NCBI GenBank assembly: GCA_021613535.1
Contig: CP075495.1
Location: forward strand, 2,728,001 to 2,792,000
Direction of reading: 5' to 3'
Source: Adineta vaga
Lineage: Eukaryota > Animalia > Rotifera
DNA: 64,000 nt
In this document: one piece after another, positions 1 to 12,121 of the stretch
Layout: each line of letters begins with the position of its first letter
Numbering within the stretch: the first letter of the stretch is position 1
The notes under the pieces: generated by a model
Told to the model about the DNA's origin: nothing
The model's database searches: none
Seen by the model: only the letters and a program-made list of their open reading frames with translations
Translations under genes and position numbers: made by a program

Positions 1-35
1 ATTTCTTATTTAAAAAGAATTCAAATATATATTAA

Positions 36-261
36 TACAGTGCTGGCCAAAAATATAAGACCCTCGAATTCAATGTATTAGTTTTTTGATTATTGAGCGC
101 TTAGTGACTTTAGATGAAGACAAGTTTTATGTGATCATATTTATTCAAGTATGCTGTATTCAAATACCACATGGAATTTCTTCAGAACTGTTTCCTTGTT
201 AAGGGAAAAGATAGATTTGTCAAAGAGTATTGATTTTTTCCTGGCTAAAATTATAAAACTC
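36..261 (+). mobile_element. Solitary Tc1/mariner-type terminal inverted repeat with IR/DR structure (relic, no transposase seen)
   Basis: TA (36-37) is followed by CAGTGCTGGCCAAAAA (38-53), the terminal sequence recalled for Tc1-family TIRs. An imperfect inner direct repeat ctggctaaaattataaaactc (241-261) matches 43-63 at 17/21 nt. No partner TIR was found in the window. Confidence 0.6.
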
Positions 262-1293
262 CTAACATATTTTTGTGATTTATAAGATATAACAACTTCC
301 ATTTTAATCGAACCATACACAAGTAGACAGAAAGTCTCATTCTGAGTATTTTTATGTAAAAAAGTTTTGAAAATACTCGATAGTTATATGTAGAAGATGA
401 TTTTCCTGAACAAGCTAAAATAGCTGAAAATCGACATGTGGACTCCTAGTTTTGGTTATATCATTTGAAGTAGATGTAGAATAGGTCTTTTTGTATTTAG
501 AACAAATACTAGGTATATCTTACTCTAGAATGAAATGTTCCGCTGCCAACTATGTCATCTAGACCTAGAGAAGTGGATGATTCCATGAAACTACACGTAT
601 ACTTCCAAAACTTTGGAAAATGTCACATAATCTATTTTTTATTTCGTCATTCGAGGAAACATCTTTCATCGCATTCATCACTTTTATTCAAAAGGGTTTG
701 GTTGGAGACTTGAGGACGCAGAGGGGTATTATCACATTAACGGTGTGGTTGTGGATTCGAATATTTTATTGAGAATATTTAGCTAGTGCCGGTGGAAATA
801 TGTCTGGATTGGAAAAAACGTCGTTCTAGTAAAGTCGCGGCGTTGGAGCGCGAAATGCCCTCGAAAATTGAGTATTTTATTTGACGTAATTGGTAAAGAT
901 AATCTGATTTAAAAATTTAATTCAAGTTTCAAGTTTGACACCACTGGTCTATCTATGGTCTTTGGATTATTTAGATGACTGTTGCAGAGCTAATCGAAGA
1001 GACCTCTGTCAGGATTGAATCTGAATCTTGGCATGTTGTATCACGCCCTCACCCTCAGATGTTCGTCTTTATACATATAAAGCTTAAAATAAAATAAAAA
1101 CGTGAAAAGGTACATTTATTTATTTTGAAGAAATTATAATCACTCTGTGGATTTATAAAAACGAAAGAATATTCTAGATTATTTCACGATGACTAGAAGT
1201 TGTCTGTTCTTCGATTGATTCATTTGATGATGTAAAAGATTACAATTGAATATTTATGTTTTATCTCGAACAGGAAAGACATTTAATAATCTT

Positions 1294-1707
1294 TTACCGA
1301 GACAGAAACATCAACATAAGAACACACAATAGCATAGTTGTAAATATCGATGGTGAAAACGAGAGCGCAGATGAAGCGACAGCTGCAGCACCTGTTGCAG
1401 CACTTGCAGCCGCCGCACTAGCTGCCGCTGCTGATCCAGCCATCATCCCTCCACCAATTGTACCGCCACCAACAATCGAAGGACCCAATGCCGCTGCGGC
1501 TGCAGCACATGGAGGACAAACCATTATAGCAAAAGCACCAATCATAACTGTAGGAACCGCTACCAACACGACTGGTGTCAACAATGCGGTCGTAGCTAAC
1601 GAGACCAGTGCGACGCTCTCAGCTGCAACGACTGCACCACCCGAGCAACTAGGAATCACCAAGCACAAAATGAAAGTAAAAATTAATGCAGATCGAAGTG
1701 AGTCCAT
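1294..1707 (-). CDS. Intronless 137-aa Ala/Gly-rich hydrophobic protein with predicted signal peptide and hydrophobic C-terminal tail (orphan; loosely ISG12/IFI27-like)
   Basis: True ATG at 1707, TATAAATA ~57 nt upstream, AATAAA downstream (~1115-1124). Signal-peptide-like N-terminus MDSLRSALIFTFILCLVIPSCSG. GC content is well above the flanks. Confidence 0.7.
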   Translation of the reverse strand: MDSLRSALIFTFILCLVIPSCSGGAVVAAESVALVSLATTALLTPVVLVAVPTVMIGAFAIMVCPPCAAAAAALGPSIVGGGTIGGGMMAGSAAAASAAAASAATGAAAVASSALSFSPSIFTTMLLCVLMLMFLSR

Positions 1708-1763
1708 TGAATCCTAATTGTCAAAAGTTACCGTGAAGTGTCGTCCCATCTGAACTTCGACGC

Positions 1764-1771
1764 TATTTATA
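1764..1771 (-). promoter_or_regulatory. TATA box of the Ala/Gly-rich orphan gene
   Basis: Reverse complement reads TATAAATA, in GC-richer context, 57 nt upstream of the ATG at 1707. Confidence 0.55.
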
Positions 1772-2662
1772 TGCGTCACTCGCAAAACCAATTGTAAAAA
1801 ACCGTTTTGAGTACTAAGAAGAATTTACCATTATTAAACCATTTTTCCAAAATGGGTGGTTACTCGAAATTTTCATTTAAATGTTATCTTTTCTTATCAG
1901 ACAGGTATTGCAAGTTTTTTGTCTGTGTAGACGTGAGTGTGTGGAGTCAGTTTCGACATTACTTAAAAATCTTCAAGGTGAGTTTCGAAAGGATCGTTTG
2001 CAAGTTACTCACAATACGAAGATGACGATGGGTGAATGAGTAAGAAGCACACCATTATGGGAAATTTGACCTTGGTTTGAGGTTTTATCAAAAAGCTTAG
2101 TTTAGTGAAGATTATATTATAGTGATCGAAATAATCTAAAATAAGGAAGAAGTTGTAATAAGATGTCGAATAATGTATTGTACATAATAAGAGAGAGGTT
2201 GAGAAGATTCACAGATGACTGTTAACGATAATTATGAAACAGATTCATCAATACAGCAGATTGATGAAAATGAAAAACTTATCGAAGATAATAAAAGTAT
2301 CAACAGGTTAGACACATCGGGCAAAATACAATCCTAATTGCATCCATTTAGGTTTACGATTTTTACGAGTGTGTTTTTATCACTTACTTATTTTTATGTT
2401 CGTGGTCGAACCAATTTATTTGGCTGCTAGATTATTGAATCAATGTTACAAATTGTTACGGAAATGTTCTTCATTCGAAATATGTGAATATCATTGATGT
2501 ATTCAAAATAGAATTACTCATATCGAAGTTATCGAAATAAAAAATTCTACTCAACAGAAACCTTTAATGATTAGTAACGCAACTATTAAACTTTATCTAA
2601 CTAAAAAGAATCGAATTTATTTTGATGAAAATTTTGAAACTGAAAATCTTATTGACTAGTTC

Positions 2663-2925
2663 GACGATAAACTCAATAAATATCTTGATCATTCAATTAA
2701 TAATAAATCGATCAATGACAAATCATTAAATTCCTATGACGAACACCGATCTACATATCCACTTTTATCAAAATTAGCAAGTTCGACATTCTCAAACCTA
2801 ATATGTATACGATTAATGTCGAACATCAATTCGGTGTTGTGATAAACGATGGTAAGCTCAAGGCACACTTAATCAAATCTTCCACAAGTAAGTAATGCGT
2901 TGTTTATTTATTCAGTAAAAAAGAA
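2663..2925 (+). mobile_element. Degenerate hAT-family transposase, C-terminal dimerisation domain relic
   Basis: Translation DDKLNKYLDHSINNKSINDKSLNSYDEHRSTYPLLSKLASSTFS, then (frameshifted, from 2818) VEHQFG, and further on ..VSNALFIYS. This matches the hAT dimerisation pattern ELxxYL...PLxFWxxxxxxYPxLSxLAxxIFSxPAxSAxVERxFS. Decayed coding-like sequence probably extends upstream to ~2100. Confidence 0.6.
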
Positions 2926-3505
2926 TACTTGATATGCATTCTCTGTTCTTTCCTATATATTTTAATGATATTCATATGTTGAATTTCGTTAACTAGTTCT
3001 TATTAGATAAAAGCAATAGTAATATCCAGATGTGAATGATACAAACAGAAGAATGTCTGACAATAGAAAAAGGTAAGAAATAAGAGCATATCAATAATGA
3101 TATATAATGTTGGATGAAAACTTTACTTATATCATAATATTATCTTGATTACAATGAAATAACATAGAAAAATATACAATACTTTTAAGAAATTTATTCT
3201 CACCTTACAGTTTAAAAAATTAAAGTATTACTGTCATTATACTTTTATACTGGCTTTAGAGAACAAATTGAATTGCAATAAAAAAACTCTTATATATTAT
3301 TAAAATATTTTTTTTTATTAAGATATCATTCTTTATTGAATAATCATTTCGTATTTAATTCATCTGAAATAACTTTGAAAACTTTTCTTATTACAATTAT
3401 GTCTTTTCTAACAAGAAATATCTGTAGCAAAATGTGACAAACCTAAGTATTTTAAAAAAGAAAAAGAAACATGCGTCTTGAACTTTTGTGGAATCTGAAG
3501 AGAAT

Positions 3506-4535
3506 ATGTACACATTTACAACATTACCCATCGAACTCGTCTATCGAGTTTTTGATCATCTGACTGATGTTACACTATTTTGTTCAATGTAAAATGTTTG
3601 CACACGTTTTAATCAAATTCTGAACATTTATCATAGATATCAAGTAAGTTTCCCAAGTGCTTTACCTATTTTCTCGTCTGTTCAAGTACACACGAGTTGA
3701 CTCAAAGAAAAAACAAATTTCATAATTCCGAAGCAATATCAACGACTGAATCAGCCACGACCATCACTTATGCCGTAAAACATAACCCTTCCTTTCATCT
3801 GTTCTTTTGTATCCATGTCCATAGAATATGCCTCTTATTCAACGTGCAATCATGTACTATACAAGAATAAAACCGCACAAATATAACATACCTTTCCCAT
3901 TTCAAACAAATGTCTATATTGCAACTCCTAAACAATGCAACAACTACCTTTGAAACCAACCCAATTAACAAAGTGAACTGTTTTATGATGCGCCACGCCT
4001 CAATACTATCTCTCGCAAACTAACTCTAAAAATTGCAATCCAAAACATTCGAAATAAATAAATATCCTTACCTAGAGAAAAGTAGTCGCCCTATCTACCG
4101 ACGATTCGAACATTAACTCACTAATCATCAGTCAAACAATGAATTTTCTTTTCGCCCAACAAATCCGAACCCGACACTTTTTGAAATCTTCCACACACCA
4201 CCGTCACAATTCTTGTAAAATCCTATATCTACTTAAAAAAACGTTATTGCGAAGTTTCGATTATCCTACGTACATTTTTCAAATAAATATTCTACAAATA
4301 GACACTCACCACACTACATCTCGGGGACAATCAAATCGGTGATCAAAATGCACAACATATTGGTGATGCCTTGCGAAAAAATACGTTAATATTCATTCAC
4401 CCTTCACCTAATTGACACATCCATACTCTCTCCCTTCTATAGACACTCATTACACTAAAAATCTGGGGCTATGGAATCGGCGAACAAAGAGCAGAATATC
4501 TTCGAAATGTTTTAGAAAACAGGATGCTATTGTAG
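3506..4535 (+). pseudogene. F-box + leucine-rich-repeat (RNI/NLRC3-like) pseudogene
   Basis: Exon 3506-3643 gives MYTFTTLPIELVYRVFDHLTDVTLFCSM*NVCTRFNQILNIYHRYQ (F-box, in-frame TAA at 3590-3592). Two 84-nt LRR exons follow: 4302-4385 (TLTTLHLGDNQIGDQNAQHIGDALRKNT) and 4443-4526. Neither is followed by an in-phase GT donor. Confidence 0.75.
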
Positions 4536-5526
4536 TTTGGGCTCAAGGGACAGTGCTTTTTCTGTGCAATGTTTTTAGGACAAACTGATGGGGAAAACAT
4601 GAATACACAGTGTGCTTCGAAGTCGTTTTATTCGTATGATAGCGTGTTTTCTTCAAAACTCATGATTTCCGACTGTGAGAAGTGGATTTCTTCATATAAG
4701 TTATTGGTTTGTGTATGTTGGATAAAGCGAAATCGCGTGTTTGTAATGCACTGCAGTTTATCGGTTATGCGAGCAGTTTGATGGAGATCGGATCATATCT
4801 TCTGAAACAGTGTATTCCTGAGATAATGTATGCTCAAAAAGTTTGCACAGTGCAAAGGGTTTGACGAAAAAGGACAATCGTCGGTGCGTCTCGTAAGTCT
4901 TTGAATGGATTCGCTGCAGTCATTTCCATCACGGATCTATTGGGAACGACTGAGAAATTATTCCTTAAAGATTATGTTGTGATCAAAAAGGTAACAAAAT
5001 ATACATTCGAACTTTGTTTTGAATATTTTTCGTAATAGAGAGTTATGGAGATAACGTAGATGACGAGTTTTACAACTTCATTCCGTTGCTTCTTCCATTT
5101 GACGTTTGATATGTACTACGACGTATTTGTATGAGAGTTGGGTGAATGATAACTACAGTTAGGGTATAGTGTAGAAATGAATGGCTGATTACCATACTCT
5201 TGCTCAAATTCATGTTTATCAGAAAACAAAATTGCTTATTCTTAATCATCCTCAGATAAATTCTCTTTTTTACTTTATATAGGTACATTTTACATTATTA
5301 ACAAAAAAGAGCAATATTAAACTAATGAGAAAAAGGCCATTTCATTCATAAGATAATAACATTTATTAGCGATAGCTTTGTACACTAATATGATAAAAAA
5401 AACAAAGAGAATGAACTGGTCTCATTCATATGACAGCAAAGATTGAGATTAATAAATGAATAAATAAACAAATACAAGCACCAAGATAGAAAGAAGTCAT
5501 TCAAAAGAGAAAAAAATGAGATTTAT

Positions 5527-8500
5527 TCACAATTCAGTTGTATGTTGAACATTAGAAGTTTGTCGTTGCTGTTGTTGCTGTAGTTCAGTGTTTATATAGT
5601 TTACAATGAAATCAGCATCTAAATTGCCTATTTCATCACCGAAAAAATCCTAAATAGAAAAAGAAACAGCAATCAATCGTTTTTTTAAATTCATTTAAAT
5701 TTTACTTGTCGTTTGGAATCTAGTGAACCTTTGTAATATTTAATTGTAGGATAAGCACGAATAGACGCTCGTTCACAGATAGTTCGATGATTATCACAAT
5801 TTACTTTACCTAGATTCACATATCCTTCAAGTCTCTACAGACAATAAATCAATCTATCTTTTGTTTTTCATCAATTTTAAAATAAAATATTACTTACACG
5901 TGCGATACCTTCAAATATCGGCGAAAAATGATGACAATGTCCACACCAAGGTGCTAAAAATCAGTATGTTAATACTTCAATATTATTCTACATAATAAGA
6001 TAGACATCGAATCATAAATTATATTCAAAAAATCTGATTCGAAGTAAAACTATCTTTAATTAATAAACATACCATAGAAATCAATGAGCCACGGTTTGGA
6101 ATCACGTAGAACAATCGTCGAAAAATTCTTTCCATCAAGTTCAAGAACTTTACTTGGTAAAAATTGAAATGCCCATGTTCGTAATGAGTTAGCGTCACGC
6201 CATCCATTGTCATATGACCTACGAATGCATCATGTACATGATTTCAATAAATAATTTTCTTACATAAAAGTTTTTCCATCGGTATTTGGTGGATAGATAC
6301 GAATAGTTGGATAAGAATGAACACCTTGTCTTTGACATAAATGTGTTTGTACTGTACAATCAACTTGCGCAACATTGGCAATACCTTTCAAATACTAAAC
6401 GAAGAAAGAATATAAATATTAAAAGAATTTCAAACAGAAATTTTTACTTTTGATAATGTTCTCCATTCTCCACTCAATTGTTGACATGGATGACACCATG
6501 GCATAAAGAAATCTACTAACCACATATCACTGATATTTTTATTTTCAATTAGTTGAATATATAAATCATTATCTAATGTGATAACAGTTGGATGAAGAAT
6601 ATCATCAATAAAATTAATGATGGCTTGTTCTTGATGTTGACCATGAAAATAATGTTGAGATGATTGATTGTACATGATCGTTGTTGGATAAGAATTAATA
6701 CCGGATTGTTGACATAATTGCGTATGAATTGTACAATCAACTGTACCAAAACTAATTTGATCATTTAAACGTTTTGATGCTTTACGAAATTCTGGTAATA
6801 AATGCATACATGGGGGACAAAACTAAGGTAAGAAAAAAAAGAGATTTGGTGGTAGTGGATAAGAAGATTTGGATTTGAATACGTACTGGTGAAAAAAAAT
6901 CGATAATATATGGTTTTGAATCAGTTCTTACTGCTGGAAAATCGGCTGGAGTTAATGCACGCAATGGTGAATTGGCATTCTCACGAACAAAAACAGCAAT
7001 ATCATTCGATGTTTGTCGACCTTTAAATAGAATATATTCAATCGACCTTTTCTCTACGTTAAACAATAGTTACCATAATAGAATTCATAATAATCACCAC
7101 GTTTAAACAAGATAAAAGCAGGTTTTTTAAATATGTATAGATCATTGCATACATTGGTAGACGATGAACAATCGAAACGGCCAACATTATAGTCTAAAAC
7201 AAGACAAAATGTTTCTCAAAAGTTATGATAATTCCATACTTACCAATTAACATCGATGGTAATTTTCTCAAATCAAGATCTTTTTCATTATTAGCTTGAT
7301 CATGAAAATGAATTAACCATGGTTTAGCCACGGAACTTTCTTTCAAATGATTTCTTATTTTCTAAAATAGAAAAAGTATACATATTTATTCTCTCTATTC
7401 GAATCATCATACTTGAAGATGATCTTCAGTAATCAATGATAATTCTGGTAAAAGTGATAAGATTTGTGAGACAATTTCTTTGATATTTGTCGTGGTGATT
7501 GAATAGCCTTCACTTCTTAGAAACTCTTCTGCTTTGTAGAAAATAATCGAACTTTGTGGTTGTAGTTGTCGACAAACAATTGGATCAGATTGACAATTGA
7601 CGCTACCAACTTGTACAAGATTATTCTAATAATGAACAAAAAATTTCTTTGTTCTCTAAGTGAAATCAATCAAACCTACCAACATAACTGCCAGTTTATA
7701 AACTTGATCATCATCAAGACAATCACCTTCATCAATTTCTCGACAAAAAGAAATTAACCACGGTTTGTTTGTTTCATCTTTAAATGTTTGAAACATTCTA
7801 TCATCGAGTTTTACCACATGTGCTTTAACAAAACTCATCGCATAACGAATCAATACATCTTTTTCTCGTGGTCCTCCATATGTATCACGCTGAAAAACAC
7901 ACAGATAACATTAGATTTGATTTCAATATGAACTTTTTACTTTCGGATAAATACGTAATGTCGGATAAGCTTGAACACCTTGTTCATTACACATCATCCA
8001 CTCATCTTGACAATTAACTGCACCAATACGAATAACACCTTCAAGAAGTTTTGAAAGTTCTCGCCACTAAAATATATATATATGTATAAATAATCGATTT
8101 CATTCGTTAGACTAGAACATACCACTGGTGCAAGATCATGGCAATGTGAACATTGAGGTGAATAGAAATTAATGAACCATACATCTTGCGAACTATCGAC
8201 AGATTGTACTAGACAAGAAAGAAAATTCTCTTTGAATTCATTCGTTCTTGTTAGAATTTATTTCTTACAGAAATCAGTTCGACTAAGAGTGATAATTTCC
8301 GGATCTTCATCATAAATTCCTAAAAACGAAAAGAAAGAAAATAACTTGAACAAAATTCCAAACTAAAATCAAACCAAAATTATGTTGATAAAAATTCCAT
8401 GATTGATATTGATTTCCACGATTAAAATCATCTTTTAGACCTTCTTCACCATATGTATCGTATTTTTTTCGTAACTCATCATCACGTAAGATTTCATAAG

Positions 8501-8773
8501 CACGATTAATTCGAACGAAATCTGTATGTGCATTTGGATCACCCTAACACAAGAAGGAAAAAAACCTTTCAAATGAAAAAGAAAACACGAATATTGTCAT
8601 ACCGTTCGTTTATCAGGATGCTTTTCAAGTGCTAAACGTTTAAATGCACGACGAATGTCACGTTGTGTTGCTGATTTTGTTATTCCAAGTAATTGATAAA
8701 AGTCTTCAGCAGTTGAAATACAAATTATTGATAAAAAAACATAACAGATGATCAATAGATGAAGGGTATGCAT
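5527..8773 (-). CDS. DNAJC10: DnaJ homolog subfamily C member 10 (ERdj5), ER disulfide reductase; multi-exon
   Basis: Signal peptide, J domain with HPD (ALEKHPDK), thioredoxin motifs CSHC, CPPC, CHPC and CGHC, C-terminal HTTEL*. Confidence 0.93.
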
Positions 8774-9521
8774 AGTTTATTTATCTAAATAGATCGATGT
8801 TCGATTAAACAAGTAGGAAAAAAGCTGCGAACGAACGAAAGAACGAATGATTAGTTTATTGGTTAGCCTTTATGTTTGTCTGGCGTCGTTCGTTGACAAA
8901 CAAAATCAATTCAAATCGGTTTGTTACACGTATGTGCTACGTGGAAAGAAGAGAGAACAGAACATTCACGTACGAAAAAAAATATGTTGCCGTCAGAATA
9001 AGATAGAAGAACGAACGACGATCATTGAAATGGGTGGTTAAAACAATCAAACAAGAGAAGAAAGAAAAAGAACAAGCAACCTTGTTCGAATAGTTTGTGT
9101 ACAGAGATTGAAATAATACACCATCACCTACCTACATTTTTCTCTGTTTTTTCTCGAGATTATTTAAAAAGACATTAGAAGATCAATTTGTAGTCAGATG
9201 AAATGACGAAAGAGAGGAGATCATTAGCTCCTCGGAAGAATTGTCGTTATATGAATAAAAAAATCACCTTTTAATTGAGCAAATATTATAAAAAGGAACG
9301 CAAAATACAATGTATGGAATAAATAACGAATTTAATGTAGAAATGAAAATGATCGAAAGGAATGCTATAGAAAATAGTTATTCACCTATTGTTTTCTATT
9401 TTCTCTCACTTTAATTATCGTATGTATGAAAGACGAATTGTGTCAATATTCTAAAAAAAATCTTTCCTTCGATCTTTCTCATTTAATGTCTTTAAAAAGA
9501 TTGCACTATAATAAAAGTATT

Positions 9522-11614
9522 TTATGCTTTAATAATATTTGCCAAGTCTTTATAACTTTCCATTGCTGCTTGCATATATTGATCTAATTCTTTTTGCATA
9601 TAAGATGTAACTAATAAGCCACATTGCTCATCATCAATTAAATATCCAATTCCAAATCCATCATTAACTACAGGACCAAATCCTCCCGCAGCAATATGTT
9701 TTGACGCAACAGTTGATGTTGAAAGAATAGTATGATTCATCAATTGATATGATTTATCAGTATAAATCGGATGTAATTTTTGTTCTTGATTTTCTATTTG
9801 TTGTAAATATTTCAAAGCGAATAGATGTCGATCAAAACCTTGGCCTGTTGCTGCTTCTTTAATCAATTGTTGATGTTTTTCAGCAGCTTTTTTTAATAAA
9901 TCTTTTAATAATTGTTTATCCTTTGATTTTGTTAATGCTTCAATAAATGCTTTGGTTTCATTTGTAACTGGTCGAATAGTTTCTGTTCGACCATGTTTAT
10001 AAACAGCTGTTGAACATGATTCATATGTTGAAACAAATCGTTGATACATTCTATAATAAGCCATTTGAATACCAATTTGCATGATTGCATCAGGACTAAG
10101 TGCAGATTTTTTCAAAATACTTTTTCCTAATACACCTTCTTGATAGATATTTACATTAAATTTCGAAACGAAATCATCATAATTTTGTTTCGATGTTTGT
10201 AATTCTTGTTTTAATTTATCATCGAATTGAAATTCAAGTTTTTTCACTTGATCATGTGTAGATGATTGAATGGATTGATAATTTGATGAATTTATTTTAT
10301 GATGTTCATTGACATTTTGATCAATATCATTACAAAAACGAAGAAGTGCAACACCATCACCCCAAGAATGTTCACAATGAAGACCCAATGTACCATCGGA
10401 TAACATAATCATATTAAATGATTTATCATACCAACGATTTGATGCATTGTAACATAAATATTTACCAGAAATATATCGTGCCCGTTGTTCTTTAGTAAGA
10501 TTTTTATGTAATTTTGATGGATCATCTTCATCTAATCAAAAAGAAAGGAATTTATCTGAATTGTCCGATTGAAAATTTTCAAAGCTCTTTTGTTTTATCT
10601 GATAATTCAATGAAAATATTTACCTAAACATACAACCATAATTGAACTATCAATTTCTTTAAATACTTGTTTATTGTGTTGAGAAAGTTTCTCCATGTGA
10701 TCACGAACAACAGCCCAACGATCTCGTTTATCGGCTGTAAAATATCCTAATGGATATTTATTTTCTTCATCATTTAAATCTTCACATAAATATTTCATTA
10801 TTGCTGCAATTTTTTCTGCAGGAAGAAGTTGTCCATTTTCATCTAAGATATTCACTTTATAATAATGACCACGTTTTAATACCATAATATGTCGAACATT
10901 TTTCGCATCAGTTTGTAAAATATCACAATCAACTTGAGGAATTCGTGTGGAATTAAATAATCGACTGTATTGTGACATATCTAATGGATAAACTTTTTGT
11001 AAAACAGCACCATAGAATGTAATACGTTTGGGAACATAACGAAGATATTTACGAAATTTATCATTATTTGTTTTCTTTGGATTTAAATGATATACTTCTG
11101 GATCAAGTGTATTTGCTCGAAGTGAATTCATAAAACGAACAGATGATATAATATAATTTGTAATACGTGCTGCTGGTTTTAAATTCTGTTGATCATCAGT
11201 AAAAACGAGGAAAAAATTAAAATTTAATATCAATGGTAAACGTGATTTTAAATACATTTCGAACCATGGTTTCGAAATATATGATGTATTTCGATTGGAT
11301 GCATTCTTTTGTCGTAATTGTGCATCAAGTCGTTTACCATCACCGGAACGAAAATCATCGACAAATTGTCGTGTTTGTTCATAAGCTTTATCATCATCAT
11401 TTAAAATTGGTTTTACTGCCGATAAATATCGTTCACAAGTTAATTCCAATTTTGGAATTGGTAAACGAGGTAAACTATACTGAAAATGATCTGTTGGAAG
11501 AATACTTGGTTTCAAATGATTATATTCATCAGATTTTTTTGTTGAAAGATGACGATGTAAAAGATAGACAAATCGTTGAGAAGTTCCAAACGTAAGATGA
11601 CTTTTAGTTAACAT
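9522..11614 (-). CDS. CPT2: Carnitine O-palmitoyltransferase 2, mitochondrial (2 exons; intron 10532-10623)
   Basis: Motifs LPRLPIPKLE, YPLDMSQY, catalytic EHSWGDG, YESCST..KHGRTETIR, GQGFDRHL, GGFGPVVNDGFGIGY; mitochondrial-presequence-like N-terminus. Confidence 0.93.
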
Positions 11615-12121
11615 TTGAATACAACAATGACAACTTTCGTTTGATGAAAAACAAACTAAAAAATAAATGAATCATAAGAAACAATTGTCTGCGATCTGAT
11701 TAGTTATCAGCGTGTATACTCATAAACAAACATGGATGTCGCTCGTATCTGTGCACAATTAAGAAATCAGATTCGAGAACAATTAAATTAATAAAGTATA
11801 CATCCTTCGAATTTTATTGATTATTTGTATTCATAGATAACCTTTAGTTGAAGGTCAAGTATATTCTTTTAATTAAAATAAGGATTAACAAAAATAAAGC
11901 TTTCGACATTATAAAACTGACAAGACATGTCGATTGGCAAAAGAATATTGAAGATTTGTTTATGATTTTGTACTTTTGTCTGATATCAGTTAGTGAGAAA
12001 GATAAAATATATCTTACACCCTGTTAACTTTTCTTCATATTTCATTCTTTATCATAGTATACATCGGATGTTTTATCACCTCGAAACAATTATATAAACT
12101 TTTTTTTTGTTCGTATTTCAG

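Noticed and set aside
1256-1717. 153-aa + strand ORF overlapping the Ala-rich gene
   Set aside because: Antisense shadow of a GC-rich, GCN-codon ORF. The TATA box, polyA signal and signal peptide all favour the minus strand.
3660-5100. C-rich stretch (3660-4250) and G/T-rich stretch (4540-5040) that looked like a possible inverted duplication or decayed genes
   Set aside because: Only a 10-nt match (aatcgtcggt) was found and no translatable domain could be recognised.
11233-11595. 120-aa antisense ORF within CPT2, and similar shadow or alternate-frame ORFs in MAP10, ASPM, LSM11 and the GPCR
   Set aside because: Frame artefacts of real coding exons; no motifs.
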